From: Marsupella aquatica | Lineage: Eukaryota > Plantae > Marchantiophyta | Direction of reading: 5' to 3' | NCBI GenBank assembly: GCA_973895155.1 | Contig: OZ316897.1 | Coordinates: 21,985,455 to 22,049,454, forward strand | DNA: 64,000 nucleotides | In this document: positions 25,794 to 38,767 of the stretch, piece after piece | Numbering within the stretch: the first letter of the stretch is position 1 | How the letters are laid out: each line of letters opens with the position of its first letter | The notes under the pieces: model-generated | Databases searched by the model: none | What the model was told of the DNA's origin: nothing | The model's input: only the letters and a program-made list of their open reading frames with translations | Made by a program: the position numbers and the translations under genes

Positions 25794-28700
25794 ATGGCGT
25801 ACAATGTCCGAGAAGAGACATGCCGCACGAAGTCATGCAATAAACACCTGTGCCGAGTCACTGAGTCCGTTATGTCAAGGATGGGCCTCAGCCCCATTGT
25901 ATCTCCAAGAATGGAGAGCTGTCTGCCAAAAGACAATCCAAGGCATGAAGGTGTGCGGGATGTGCGGACTAGTTTGATACGGAAACACTCCGAGGATCGA
26001 CAAAACATTCACCATCGTACCAAAGGTGACATGATGCCGTATGGCATATGCAATGCATTTGTCAACCAGTACATTGAGAACCAAGATGGAACAATCAACG
26101 TGTGCATGACTTGCGTGCGAAACCCCGCCCATATCCAGATAAACTCCTTCATATCTCCGCAATATGCGATCGACATCCTACCGCGAAGCCGTGTACATGC
26201 AATTGCTCTCGCTAATCGATTGTCGACTAGGCATCATACAAAAGTACAATGGCTTCCACTCTGGCTTCTACAGAAAGGAAAGCCTCCTTGACAACCTGCT
26301 CATATCCTGGAATCTCAACACGCTAGAGTGCAATAATCGAGAGGAGATCATGCGACAGATATACAAGGTCATGGAACTCAATTTGACGACCAACCAACTT
26401 TTCAGAAGATACATTTCATTGGTCGAATTGCCAGACCCGTCACTAGGACTGTGCATCCTAAGTTCCGACGGAGTAGAGAACATCATCAAAGACAAGAGGG
26501 CAAAGGGAATCACCACAAGATCCATGAACTTTGACCCATTCGACCTCGACCTACACATCCTCCAAGATGTGCAGTACAGGATCCCGACTTCACCCAAGCG
26601 CAAGTACCAGGTCTTTCGTTCCGGCACCGTGTATGACCGCAAGAGAATGTGCTCCAAAGAGAGCGTCAACACCGACGCGGAAGGAATATCGAACGATCCA
26701 CAATTGACATTGGAAAATGCAATGTTCCCGTTCTTGTTTGTCCACTCAAGGGGTTTCCATCAAGGACAACTCAGCTTGATTGACTATATGAAATGGAGGA
26801 CACAACAGTTGTTCAGCATATTCACTTTGTACAAGCCGTACATGCTTATCATGTACCAATTGCGACAGGCCAGCCAAGTAGCAAGCATGAGCAGGATGAT
26901 AGTAATCGACAAGGAATACATGCAGATCAAGGAGAAATGCCCCCACTTTAGCGAGAAGGAAATATACAAAATGCTGATAAAAAAGACAATCATGCAGGCC
27001 ATTCTTGGGAGCTCGGCGTGGCATGGAAGACACCTCGACGACCTCAAGTGCATGGTGAGAAAATGGGGATTGCCCCACTTCTTCCTCACGCTCACTTGCG
27101 ACGAGCTTAGCGACACCCGTTGGCCTGAGATCGCCGACCTCGAGAACCTCGTGAAGAGGATGAATCCGACCTTCTCATGGAAAGATTGTCCTATCAAATG
27201 CGCCGTGCTCTTCCACGAATGAATCCAACATTTTTTCAGGGATTACATTTTGTCGAAATGCGCCATAATCAGAAATGTGATCCAAGTCATCAGGTACGAG
27301 TTGCAGGGCCGCGGATCACTCCACGCCCACACGGTGCTATGGGTCAAGGATTGCAACATCAATCGAGTCACGAACAAAATTGCCGCATTCATCCCTGGCA
27401 GATTTGACTCGACATCCGATAGATTCAAAGAGCCGAATGGACATGAAGAAAAGACCCTGTATTGCAATGTGGTGACAAAACAACTTCACTACTGCAAGGA
27501 GGGCTTGTGCTTGCAAAGGCACTCCCAAACCGGCCTCAAAAACTGCAAGTTGGGTTTCCCCCAAGAAACTCACCTTGACAAAGATGCGGCCATCGACCCC
27601 GCCACGGGGAAATGGAGGTACCATAGGCCAAGCAACCACCACCAAAATGTCATGCCATACCACCCGCTCGTGTTGTTGTTGTGGGGCGCGCACATGAACC
27701 TGTAGCGCGTCACAAACGCGGCCTGGTCATTCTATTTGCTCAAGTATGCGATCAAATGCGAGCCCCTGGGATCACTCCAGCTCAATGCGAACGATGCGCG
27801 CACTCTAGGACTCGAGGACCTGTGTGAAGTCCAACTCAAGCTCGTTAGCGGAGCCGTCCTATCTCGGAGCGTGTGCACCACGGAGGCGGCCTTGATGTGC
27901 CTCAAAATCAGCATCATCCATCGCTCGGAGACAGTGGCGTTCATGGACTCGTCACCTCCGGAACTGAGGTCCGCCATCTACCTTAAGTCCTCGGGGATAT
28001 GTTTGCATCCCACCAGACTCTACGCACAGAGGCCCGAGGACATGTTTGCAATGTCCTTCTACGACTACTTCACCAACCACGAGGTCCTCACCAATAAGAA
28101 AAGCACCACCAAACACTACGTCGGCAGGGATTTGCAAGGCAATTTTGTGTATCGGACGGATTGGCTCGTGCAATTTTTGGAGTATCATCCAGTATACAAG
28201 ATGAACGGCTTCTTCTACAACTATCTCTTGAAGGTCGTGAGATTCCGTGCAGAAGTAGAGATTCTCCTCAGGCCCATAAGCGAGACGTGGAGCTACTTGC
28301 ACGAGTGCATACACCGCAAGGTGATAACCAGCGTCGACAACGTACACAAGTTGGTGCTTGAGTATTGCGCATCGCACCTCTACTCCACCCACCACACATC
28401 CCACCTGCTATAGGAGCTGAACGAAAAGCTTCCCCACCAAATTTTCAACGACGCGGCCACATTCCAAGCAGTCCCCACCGTTGCCGTAGAGAAACCGATC
28501 GGCGCGGTGCTCAACGACAAAACTCTCCCGACCGTCAACTTGACTCCGGACCAAATCAAAGTGTTTGAGGCACTCAAGGATTTCAAGAGCGGTCTGTTCA
28601 TGATCGATGGAAATCTGGGATCCGGCAAGACTTTCTTCATCTCTTTCATGAACAAATACTTGACATATAAAGGGAGGAAGGTGAAGATGTGTGCCACCAC

Positions 28701-29429
28701 GGGCGCGGCTGCCAAAAACCTTCACGCGGACGCGGTGACAATGCATGCCTTGTTCAGCATTCCAATACACGGAGAGCTCAGGCCTCTGGACATCACCAGT
28801 TCCCAATACCGCATCTTGAGGAACAATGACGTGTTCATCATAGACGAGGCGAGCATGCTGACACCCAAACTATTGCGTTGCGTCTCCAGAAGACTACACG
28901 AGACACTCCAAGATGAGGACTGCTCATCCGACCCATTCCAAAATACGACGGTCATCCTGGTCGGAGACATGTGCCAATTGCCTCCGGTTTGCACCCACCA
29001 CACCAACGACATATGCAGGTCGTGCCACCTCTCGTCCTCACCATATTTTGAGACCATGCGGAAATTTCACCTCAGTACTGTGCTCAGACAGAGCACAGAT
29101 CGGGAGTTCATGGAGTTCCTTAACAACATCCGCACAAGCCTCCCTACCAAGAATCGATCGATGAGTGCCTGGGACGATGTTACGTGTCCAAACAAGAAGC
29201 CCATGATTTCATCTACGCCTCGACGACCGTGATATGCACACATAGAGAAACAGTCGACAACTACAACAAATGGGCATTACGGAGATATTTTCCACGCCAA
29301 GAGATCGTGCCCGTCCCAATACTCACCAATGCCCCTTCAGACGAATCCACCCGGCCTTGGATACAAGATCCCTCCTTCCACACACTGACGAACGTTGCAA
29401 TCAGATGCAAGGTGATTCTCACACACAAC
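25794..29429 (+). pseudogene. Helitron Rep/Pif1 helicase (RepHel), 5' part
   Basis: HUH motifs FFLTLT, RYELQGRGSLHAHTVLW and YLLKY; Pif1 motifs GNLGSGKT, FIIDEASML, LVGDMCQLPPV and LRQ; in-frame stops at 27220, 27703 and 28411; interrupted at KVILTHN. Confidence 0.9.
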
Positions 29430-30101
29430 TGACACGAAGCCTTAAAGGATGGGTAATAAGCCCAATGTATAAGAACTAATGATAAAAAAACCTTGAAAAT
29501 ATGGAAAAAGGCAAAAAATGCATCTAAAAACAAGCTCTTTTTTTGGCAAGAACTCAAAACTTGCAAAAAAACACAAAATAGGGCATCATTTTGACTACTC
29601 AAAATCACAAAACTGGTTGTGGGAAACATTTAATAAGCAAATACCACATATTTCAATGTTGCAATTTACTACTTGCACACATTCAATCGGCTCAATAACA
29701 CATTCACCCTTGAAATACCACCCTAAAGTTCATTGACATCCCAAATATGTAAAGTTTTTAAAAGAGGGTCAAGATTTCCAAATTATTTTGCAGTTTGTAG
29801 GATCCTAGGGTTCATTTACCAAGAAAAACCATCATTCACACAAAGGGAATGACCAGTATATCAAAAGCTTCCAAATATATATGAGATTCTAGAAGGTACC
29901 TCTTTTAGTTGATATTTTGTTTTCTGAATTTCTCAAACAAGACTGCCCACACGATGGACATTCTCAAAATGTCAAACTTCTTTCAATATCATTCATGAAT
30001 TCATGAATTCATCATTCACAACATTTATGGTTTGCCACCAACTCAAACAATAATAAATTGCAAATACTCTTGTTTGACAAAATTGCTAAGATTGGTAAAT
30101 A

Positions 30102-33100
30102 TCAATTCCTACCATTCATTTCTAGAGGAACTTCCATTGAAGTTTCTTGTTGATAATTTCTAACTATGCTACCTTCACCTTCTTGGTCTTTCTCCTCCTT
30201 GAGAAATTCTGAGAGTCGTATTTTAATACGATCTATTGTTTTCTTGTAAAGAGTATCAGACCTTGTTAGCATAAAATTATATGCAAAGACCGTAGTTGAA
30301 GACAGATCAAGGTCTTGACAAAACCAAACTGGTTTCAAGGTTCCCTTGCCTCGTCCACTTTTCTTCTTCTCGTAACTCAACACTTCTGGCAGATATTTTC
30401 CTTTCCAAGGGTCGGATCCTTTCTTTGTTGCATGCCACAGAACTGAGATAATCTTTGGGATGTGAGCCTCATCGCGAAGAACAATTTTTTCTACTTTAGC
30501 CACCCAAAATGATTCAGACTTCTCTCCGGCCACAGAAATAAATGTGTTGATTTCCAAATCCAAAAAATCACCTTCCATATTCTCCTTCTGTGCATTTATC
30601 TTTTCTTGATTTCGATATGGACCAACATAAATTTCTCTAGTTGGACCGTACACTCTCTCTTCAATTTCTTCCTCATTCAATATAGTTGTAAGAGGTTCAG
30701 CTCCGAGATCAGCTTCAACATTTGTATCCCCTTGTGCCTTGGGCCATTCAAATGGAGAGATCAAAGGTCTTTCTTCAAGCAAGAGACTGAGATCTATTGA
30801 ATTCTCTTTGTTCCTCAGAAAAAGAAGTCCACCAAACAACTTCTTCTTCCGAGAATAATATTTGAGCTGCAAATATACCTTTTTGAATTTCATTCAAACA
30901 ATCATCCATTTCGGACAGGGTCATTTTTCCTGAAGATGATACATGAGCTTGATTTCCCGCCCTTCCGTCGTCTCATTTCTTGTCTTCCTTTCTTGATAAG
31001 TGGCATCCCATCAGAGCACCCAATCACCTTTGGTGGCATGTCTTCTTTCAACAATTTAACACCTCCTTCTGGTTTCCAAACCATGTCGATGGAAAATTTC
31101 TTCCCCCATTGTGTTGGAACTTGATCATCTTCACAAGCAAAAGAAATTTTATATTGGTGATGAAAAGTAACATTTCGTATCCTTTCTCTGATCAAAGCAG
31201 GCTCTGAGAAAGCAAATTTTCCAAAATCATATGTCTCATTTAAAAGGGTAATTTCAGGTTGGGGTTGGTAAGATTCTTGAATAATCTTACATAAACTATC
31301 ATAGGTAAAGGCCTTAAATCTTCCAAGCCTTTTTGAGAACCTACTAAACATCTGATCTATTTGATCATGGGTGTGTCCAATTAAGAGGAATCCAAGTTTG
31401 ATTTTTCGAAATACCTTTTTTTGTACCAGCATGTGAAGATATGTGAAAAGTAAATTGTTTTTGTTTTCCCTACTTGTATTGTCAAGCTGAAGGTAAAAAA
31501 CTGGTGGAAGGCCCCCATACTTCTCTTGGTATTCTAGGAATACTCTTTGTAAAATAGTAATGGTAAGATTTCCATCATTATGGAGAACTGGATAATTAAG
31601 GAACACCCTAGAAAATAGTGCTCCGTGGAAAAGAAGACAACCAACCACATGCATTTGGATTAAACAGGCCTCATCAATGGATTTTGGAGGACGTGGCCAA
31701 TGGGGTAATCTAGTCTTTTTTTGATCAATTCCATCAATCACAACTCCCAAATATTTTCTGGGTTTGTGAAACATTTCTTTCGATGCTTTGCTAGTTTTTC
31801 CCGCTCTTTCGATTGTTGTTCTCGATGTTTTTGTAACATTATTTCTCCTCTCCCTGCAATGAATCCAAAAATGGTAGAGCAACGTTGTTAACTTGAAATT
31901 CATTCCTAATGTTTAGCCATTACTCAATTGATTTCCTGACAAATCTAATACAAAGACATGTTCAAAACAACAAAAATGAAAATGACTTACGTTTTTCAGT
32001 TTCAGAGACTCCTTTGTCTCGAATCGTTTTGAATTCCTCACAGTCCGCACAAGCACTAAAACGATTCACAGGAGGAATCTTCACATGCCCAAAGTCTTAT
32101 TACCATACTTTCAAAAATTGCCAATATGATATTTTGGATGACTCATCAGTGATCACATAGCTTGAATCATATATTTTCCAAACTTCTAGTTTGGAATAAT
32201 TATCAGGCAAATGTGAAACATCTTTATTTGGTAGAGTCTCCACACGAGTCTCAAAAAAAGACTTCAACCAAGAGCTCAATACCAATGTTCTCACAGATGG
32301 AGGTCGACCAGCCGGTCTAGGATAAGCAAGATTTTGATTGCCTAGCTTCTTGATCCTATTCAATCTCTCATTTCCTACACAAAACACCATCTTGAAAGCT
32401 TTCTGACACACATCTCTTTGTCCAATCATGTATGTGACATTGGACCTCCCCTATTCATTTCCGTCTTGCTTGACGAGCCACTGCAAAGATAAAGATTGAT
32501 CCTGAGATTTTTGCCTCAAAAACTTTGAGCGTGCTTCACGAATTTGTTTTGGTGAAAGACTCAGGAGACAATGACGTTGACAGCAGTACTTACGATTTGT
32601 CTTCTTGATATCCTCGTCTGTCATCTTTGTTTCACACAAGCTGAGATTTGACGGTCGTTTATTAGCTATCATAACTCTCTCTGCAGGCTCTTCATCACTC
32701 TCAGAAGAAGATTCTTCGATTGAAGAAGATATCTCCACAAGTTTATCGAGTTGGTATGCAGACAAACCCCTCCTCACCCGGCCTCGAGCGGGCCCTCGAG
32801 GACTCAATGGCTCCTCCTTCACTCTCAAAAGGAGTGAGTTTGATCGATTTCCATCTGAATCCCCAAAGAAACCACCTTCGGTTGACTCTCTTGGCCTCTT
32901 GTTTGGAATCTCCTCAAAGACCTTCTTCTTGCCCTTGTTGTATGCCAACTTAGATCCGCTTCCAACCTCAGCCAAACGATCGAAGTTCCCTAGAGATCTT
33001 CTCAAATTGATCCTCTCCTTGTTCGAATTAGTCTCAGTTCCAAGTGGCCTCCTTGTTTCCGCTCTCACTCCTTCTTGAAATCTGAAAGATGTAGGACGAG

Positions 33101-33567
33101 AATACTCACTCTCTTTCATTGGTGCATGTTGCACACCACGACTTTCCCGGAGTGCACAAAAATCCACTTTTGTGCTTTCACTGGGCATTTTTGACACATC
33201 TCCAGATCTGGCCTTCATGAATTCATGAGTCCTCTTTTTCACATCTCCACTATGTTGAGGGCCTACAGAACGCACACCCAATTTAACCCCCCTTTGAGAA
33301 GGATTCGATAATACTTGATGGCCAGGGGGACTTGTACTCTCAGATGAGTCCAAAGACTCAGAGTGCTCACTCAGACAAGGACCAAATACTTTTTGGTACA
33401 CTTAGAGCCTTTCCTTTCAACTTACTCATTGGAGTTGGGGGAAGCATCTCCAAAATAGTGGTTTTACTAGGAGCATCAGGAGAAGTAACAGGACAAGGAC
33501 AATCCGGGAAGGAAACATCATCCGAAATACCATCCGAATAATCGTCTGACTCATAACAGGCTGCCAT
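30102..33567 (-). pseudogene. DUF7869/Sola1-like DDE transposase, copy 2; spliced, frameshifted
   Basis: VIDGIDQKKT-LP, FYLQLDNTSRENKN, FLLIGHTHDQIDQMFS; CCQRHCL, CQKAFKMVF, FSACADC; intron 31854-31990 at the same position as in copy 1. Confidence 0.82.
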
Positions 33568-33664
33568 TTCAAAAATTGCACAAAACTCACAAGGGAACAC
33601 TAGAACACCAAATGAACTCAAACTGAAAAATCGAAATGAGATAGAGTCATGAATACGAAGCCCC

Positions 33665-33671
33665 TTTTATA
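33665..33671 (-). promoter_or_regulatory. Putative TATA box of transposase 2
   Basis: TATAAAAGGGG about 100 bp upstream of ATG 33567. Confidence 0.5.
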
Positions 33672-34609
33672 GATTTTGGAAATAACTCAAAAACTTAATT
33701 AGCAATAAAATAAGAAAAAGGGCCACGCCCTTCATTAGTAATTAGTGACAAGGAAAGAAATCTTTCATGAGAAAATAGTTTATTATTTATCCAAATCTCA
33801 CAGGTTTACTTATGTTTTCAGGTTTCTAATACTCATTAGAGTTCTTTGGAGACTTGGTTAATTCATTCCTGTGAAGTCTTCTCCTGAAATATTGTGAGTC
33901 TTCTCATAATTTTATTTTTTACTTAAAGCATATGTTTTCATGCCAAACTCTTAGATAGTGTATCAGTAATGCATTGGTCATTTTTACCCCATGTTTTCTT
34001 TGATGTTTTTGGAGACTATTCAATTGCAACCAAAAATGTCTTCAATGACCTCTACTTTTAGAGGTTTTCTTGGTTTTTCTTGTATTTCTTTTACCCATGG
34101 TATTGGTTATTTTGGGCCCAAATTTTGACTTCTTACTAGATTCTTTCAAAATGATACTTGATTCCCTTTCATGAATTCATGAAGGGTTACGACCTTCCTG
34201 GATTCCTGGAGTGGAGGTGGCGAAAGCTTCATGAATTCATGAACCCAAAAATTAGAAAATGCTAAGTTTGAGACAAATTGGACTGTCAGGTGCTTGGAGT
34301 GTGGGCGTGCATCTGCAAAGGGCGAACGGAAAGGAAGCTTGGTGAAGAGCTATGGTGGGCTGATGCTTGGTGCTGTGGAAAGCTCTTCCCTCAGTGATTG
34401 CTGTGGTCTGAATAGGAGTTGGGTTGAATCCCTAAACTGGAACTGAAAATCCGGGGCGGACCAACATCTGGTGCAGCTCTGTAATTTCCTGACTGTTGAG
34501 GCGCAGATCGGTCGTGGAACAGAGGATTAATCGTGGAAGGGAGTGGAAGAAATTTGGTTAGGAGGCAGCAAGATCAAAAGCTGTCGTGCAAGTTTGCGCT
34601 CGGGAAGGG

Positions 34610-35130
34610 GATTGTCGAAGGCCTGGGGAGAGGAAATTGGCAAAATTTGGGGGAGGGGGGAGAAATTCGTGAAGGCCAGGGGAGGGAGGAAAAATTGTCG
34701 AGGCGCAGCCGGGGGCGCGGGGAAGAAGCGCCGGCCTCGGGGAGGGGAAAAATTGTCAAGGCGCGGCCAGGGGCGCGGGGAAGAATCACCGGCCTCGGGG
34801 AGGGGAAAAATTGTCAAGGCGCGGCCAGGGGCGCGGGGAAGAATCACCGGCCTCGGGGAGGGGAAAAATTGTCGAGGCGCGGCCAGGGGCGCGGGGAAGA
34901 AGCGCCGGCCTCGGGGAGGCAAAATTGGCAAAGGCCTGGGAGAGGAAATAGTGTCGAGGCGCGGGGGAGGAAAAAGTGTCGAGGCCGGGGGGAAGAAAAA
35001 GTGTTGAGGCGCAGGGCTGAAGCGTCAAAGGTTGGGGGAGGGGAAAGAGTCGAAGCGCCAGGGGAGGAAGAAATTGGCAAAGGCCGGGGGAGGAGAAATT
35101 GTCGAAGGGCCAGGGGAGTCCATCGCCGAA
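34610..35130. repeat. GC-rich, G-run-rich 58-bp tandem array between the divergent genes of element 2
   Basis: AATTGTC(A/G)AGGCGCGGCCAGGGGCGCGGGGAAGAA.. at 34693, 34751, 34809 and 34867, with degenerate flanking copies. Confidence 0.9.
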
Positions 35131-35435
35131 GAGACGAGGTCCAAATTGGGGAGGACATTGCAAACGACATTAAGTGGGGAGGGGTCGATCAGCTCGGGCA
35201 TCTGCCAGGGAGATGAAGGACATAAGCTAAGCCAAAATCAGGGAAAAAAATACCAGTGACACTCTTCTAAGCGGGAACAACCGTCTAGGCTCAGGCGCTG
35301 CAAATTCAACTTCCGACTCACACTGTCAAGGTAAGAACCTTGCTTCATGAAATCATGAACCTGAATTCTGCAACTGAACTTGAAAAACAAACAAAGCTGA
35401 CTTTACATTGTTGGACTTGATTTCAGGAAGTCAGA

Positions 35436-38391
35436 ATGGTTGAACCAAAATCACAGGAGAAGGTGTTAGACGCTATTTTCGTTGAGCATCCATTGACAGA
35501 TTTTGGAAACTCTTCCTGGACAATATCATTGGGTACAGAATCGTGGAAGAAGCCTTTTTTGATGTTGTGCATCTACGAGACCTTGCCTTCTGGAGGTCTT
35601 GGTTGGGTGAATTATGGCCGGATTGATGTCTTTCGACGAGGGGCTGATGTCCTCAATATGCTTATCACAACAAAGGAGACATCTACACTGATTGCAGTTG
35701 ACAGTGAGAGATTTTGTGGAAGAGTTGCGCATTGTTACTTGCCTGATGACATTGAGATGATTATTGAGAAGGTGAAGAATCTGTCTGCAGAAGAAAGCTA
35801 CGATGAGATTGTAGAGCTCATTGCTGGTTTTGTGTTTGAACATCATGCCAGCACATTGAAGAGTGCAATTCGAAAGTCTAGGGTGCAGTAGAGAAGAGTG
35901 CCAGTGCCCGTCCACCAAAGTCCGGTCCTTCTTCTGCTCCTTCCGGATCTCGTCCGAGTTCTGTCCCAGCAAGAAAGATGGTTGTTACATCTCCAATAAC
36001 TGGTGCTGGTTCACAAATTGCAAGATCACAAGAGGGGACAACTGTGACTGGAGGATCAGCACAGGGCACTACCGGTACTCGGACTTCATCAAAGAAACGT
36101 GGACCAGAGGGTTCTCAAGGTGCAAGACCAAGTCCACCAAAATCCAAGAAGCAGACGTTGGAAAAAGTCCCCACTCATCTAGAGTAGAAGGCTCAATCTA
36201 TGTCTATGGATGCTCGGGTGGTGTACCAGGAAGGGATTTTGATGAGGTGTGGAGTTCAAGAGGAGACAATCACAATTGACATTGCACAACTTCACCCACC
36301 TGTCCGAGAGAAATCTTTGGAGTTGCCAGTGTACCAAGTAAGGCATATCCAACCCTACTTTCTTACACAGTTGACAACAAGGATGAAAGCAGCTGAAGCT
36401 AGTCCATTGGCAGCACCTTTTGTTCTCTTGGTTGATCCCAAGGAGTGCCCAACTCGAGCTGATTTTGATTTCTCAAAAAAGAATGATTACCACTATTACG
36501 TGATTGGGGGAAATCATTCTGCTTGTGCAAAGGCAGACCTAGCATTACAATTTCCCAACAACAAGTCGTACAGGAGAGTGCAATCTTGGATCTTTGCAGG
36601 TCTATCTATCCAGGAAGCAAGGAACTTAGCTTGGAGTCATAATATAGACTCTGAATTTCGTCAACAAATGAGCACCATCCAAAGAGTGAATTAGATTCAC
36701 ATGCGATTTGTAGAGAATGGATCATCATCAAATGTTGATTTCAAGGAGTGTGCCACTGAAATCAATCTAAAGGACTGGGGTGTACGTAAAGATTCTGAGG
36801 TTCTGAATGCCAATGATAATTTATTTCAGTTGGCATTTCGTAAGGATCTTGTTTGGTCTTTCATACGGCAGATCTTTGACAGATGGGAGAATTGTGAGAT
36901 AAAAGGACAGAAAGGAGATAAGACCAAGAAAAAGATGTCCAAGTCTGGAGATGCTAAAATGCTATGTGAGGATATGAAGTTGACTGAGTGGAGACACATG
37001 CAGGCATTGAAAGATCCGGAGTGACATGATCTGTCCAGTGCTACAAAGGGTTTTGGCAAAGGAATTATCTCTTCAAGAGATGGGACAGGAATTTCAACGA
37101 CACAAATTCCAAATGCAAGTTCAAAAAGCATTTCTTACCTGTCTTCACGAAGAGAGTTGGAAGAATTGCAAAACCAAGTACCCAGAACACTGCACTGATA
37201 ATGTGCTGAAGAATTTTGTTCATGTCTTCCAGACTTGGGTAAGTTTATTTGAGATTGACTGAGCATTTGTTTTACAGTTTTATTCTTAAGTATGTAGGAA
37301 TCTCATGTACCCAATTTTGTTTTCTCAGAAAGACAGCAGCTCTCGGAAAAAGAAGGGAGAGAATGAAGAAAGCAAAGAGTTGAAGTCCTTCCCCGATAAG
37401 TTCAATGCACATATTGCACAAGCACAGAACTGGTTGGCAATGAAGAAATCTTGCCAAGAGACCCAGGGAAGTGAACTTCATCCTAATGCTTTGAGCATCC
37501 ACAGTTTGGGGATGTGTACTATGATATCTTTACACACGATGCTCAGCGGTTGCATGAGGTAATCCCATCACGAGCTTACACATTGGCTTTGGCAGATATT
37601 CCTTATGGGTTTGGAATGACTGCTTGTCTTCACAAAGACAATGTTGGATGGGGTGTGGAAGAGGTGACCAAGATGGTTCAGTCCTTCAAGGTTGTCACCA
37701 AGGCAAATCTTTGGCGAATTATCATTCATCATAGTATTGACCAGTATGATGCTGTCAAGACTATCTTGAAAGCTGAGTGTAGTGGTGGTTTCCAGAATTG
37801 TATTTGGTAAGAAACATTTCAAAAGGTGAATATGTTTTTTTGGTGTTCATGATTTCATGATGTTTGATTTTGAAACAAATCCATAATGCAAGTTTTGGTT
37901 TTTGCAGGGTGAAAGACAATGTTAAGAATGCAGGAGGTGCAAGGCTTAACAACAATTTTGAGTGTTTCACCATTGGCTTTCATAGTCAGGATGGGAAACG
38001 GTCTTTGGAGCATTTCAATTTTGAGACTAATGAGTCTCGAAATAATGTGGTTGTGTGTCCAGCTGTGACCAATAAGTTGAAACACAACGGGGACAATAAG
38101 CCAAGAGTATTATTGGATTGGGAAGTTACCCACTTTAGCCAGGTTGGAGACTGGGTGCTAGATATTTGTTCAGGGTCAGGCACAGGATTGTCTTCCTCTT
38201 TGGCACAAGGAAGACATTGTGTTGCTGTAGAAATTGATGAGCGCCAGAGTAGTGTCTTGAAAGGGAGAATTCTAAACCTGGTGAACAACATTGAGGAAGA
38301 TGATGGCAAAGGCATGGTGGATTTAGATGTTGATGTTCAAGAGACCATTCTACCAATACCAGAGATAGGAGTTGGAGAGGAGGAAATCTAG
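35436..38391 (+). pseudogene. ParB/Srx-like domain + beta-class amino DNA methyltransferase fusion, copy 2; spliced, disrupted
   Basis: 5' UTR intron 35331-35426; introns 37239-37328 and 37807-37907. PFVLLVDP...YYVIGGNHSACA; ADIPYG; KPRVLLDW...GDWVLDICSGSGTG...CVAVEID. Stops at 35889, 36185 and 36692 plus frameshifts. Confidence 0.85.
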
Positions 38392-38767
38392 GACTTGACT
38401 CTTCAGGAGTTGTTGGAAGTGTTGAGGAAACAAGAGATGATTAGCTGAGGATATTTCTGTAAGACTTTTTAGGGTTGTTTTAGTTGCATAGAAGTAGACT
38501 TTACTTGCAAGTTTTGAGATGTCAATGGCCTTGGAGCCTAGACTATGATATAAATGATTGTTTTTGACAGGTCAATTCTATGAAAATCAAGTTTTGAATA
38601 TGTTTTGTCTCAAACATTGATGTAAAGTCTAGTTTAAAATGCAAAGGGTGAATGTCAAACAAATATGCTGATTTTATTGCTTGTTTTAGGACTACATTTC
38701 TAAAAATCATAATTTTTTGGAAAAAGGAATTAAGGCCTTAGACCCATCCTTTAAGGCTTCTTGTTAC

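Larger units (their letters stand above)
29430..38766. mobile_element. Element 2: TIR DNA transposon (about 9.3 kb) with DUF7869/Sola1-like transposase and ParB-like/amino-methyltransferase gene
   Basis: TIRs 29430-29454 TGACACGAAGCCTTAAAGGATGGGT and 38742-38766 (23/25 match). Removing 29430-38767 restores the helicase frame LTHN|IDLSK. Confidence 0.9.

Noticed and set aside
34527-35259. Several overlapping Arg/Gly/Pro-rich ORFs
   Set aside because: Artefacts of a GC-rich tandem array lacking stop codons.
38717-38767. N-terminus of the 175-aa ORF (MEKGIKALDPSFKASCY)
   Set aside because: It is translation of element 2's right TIR; the helicase resumes at 38768.
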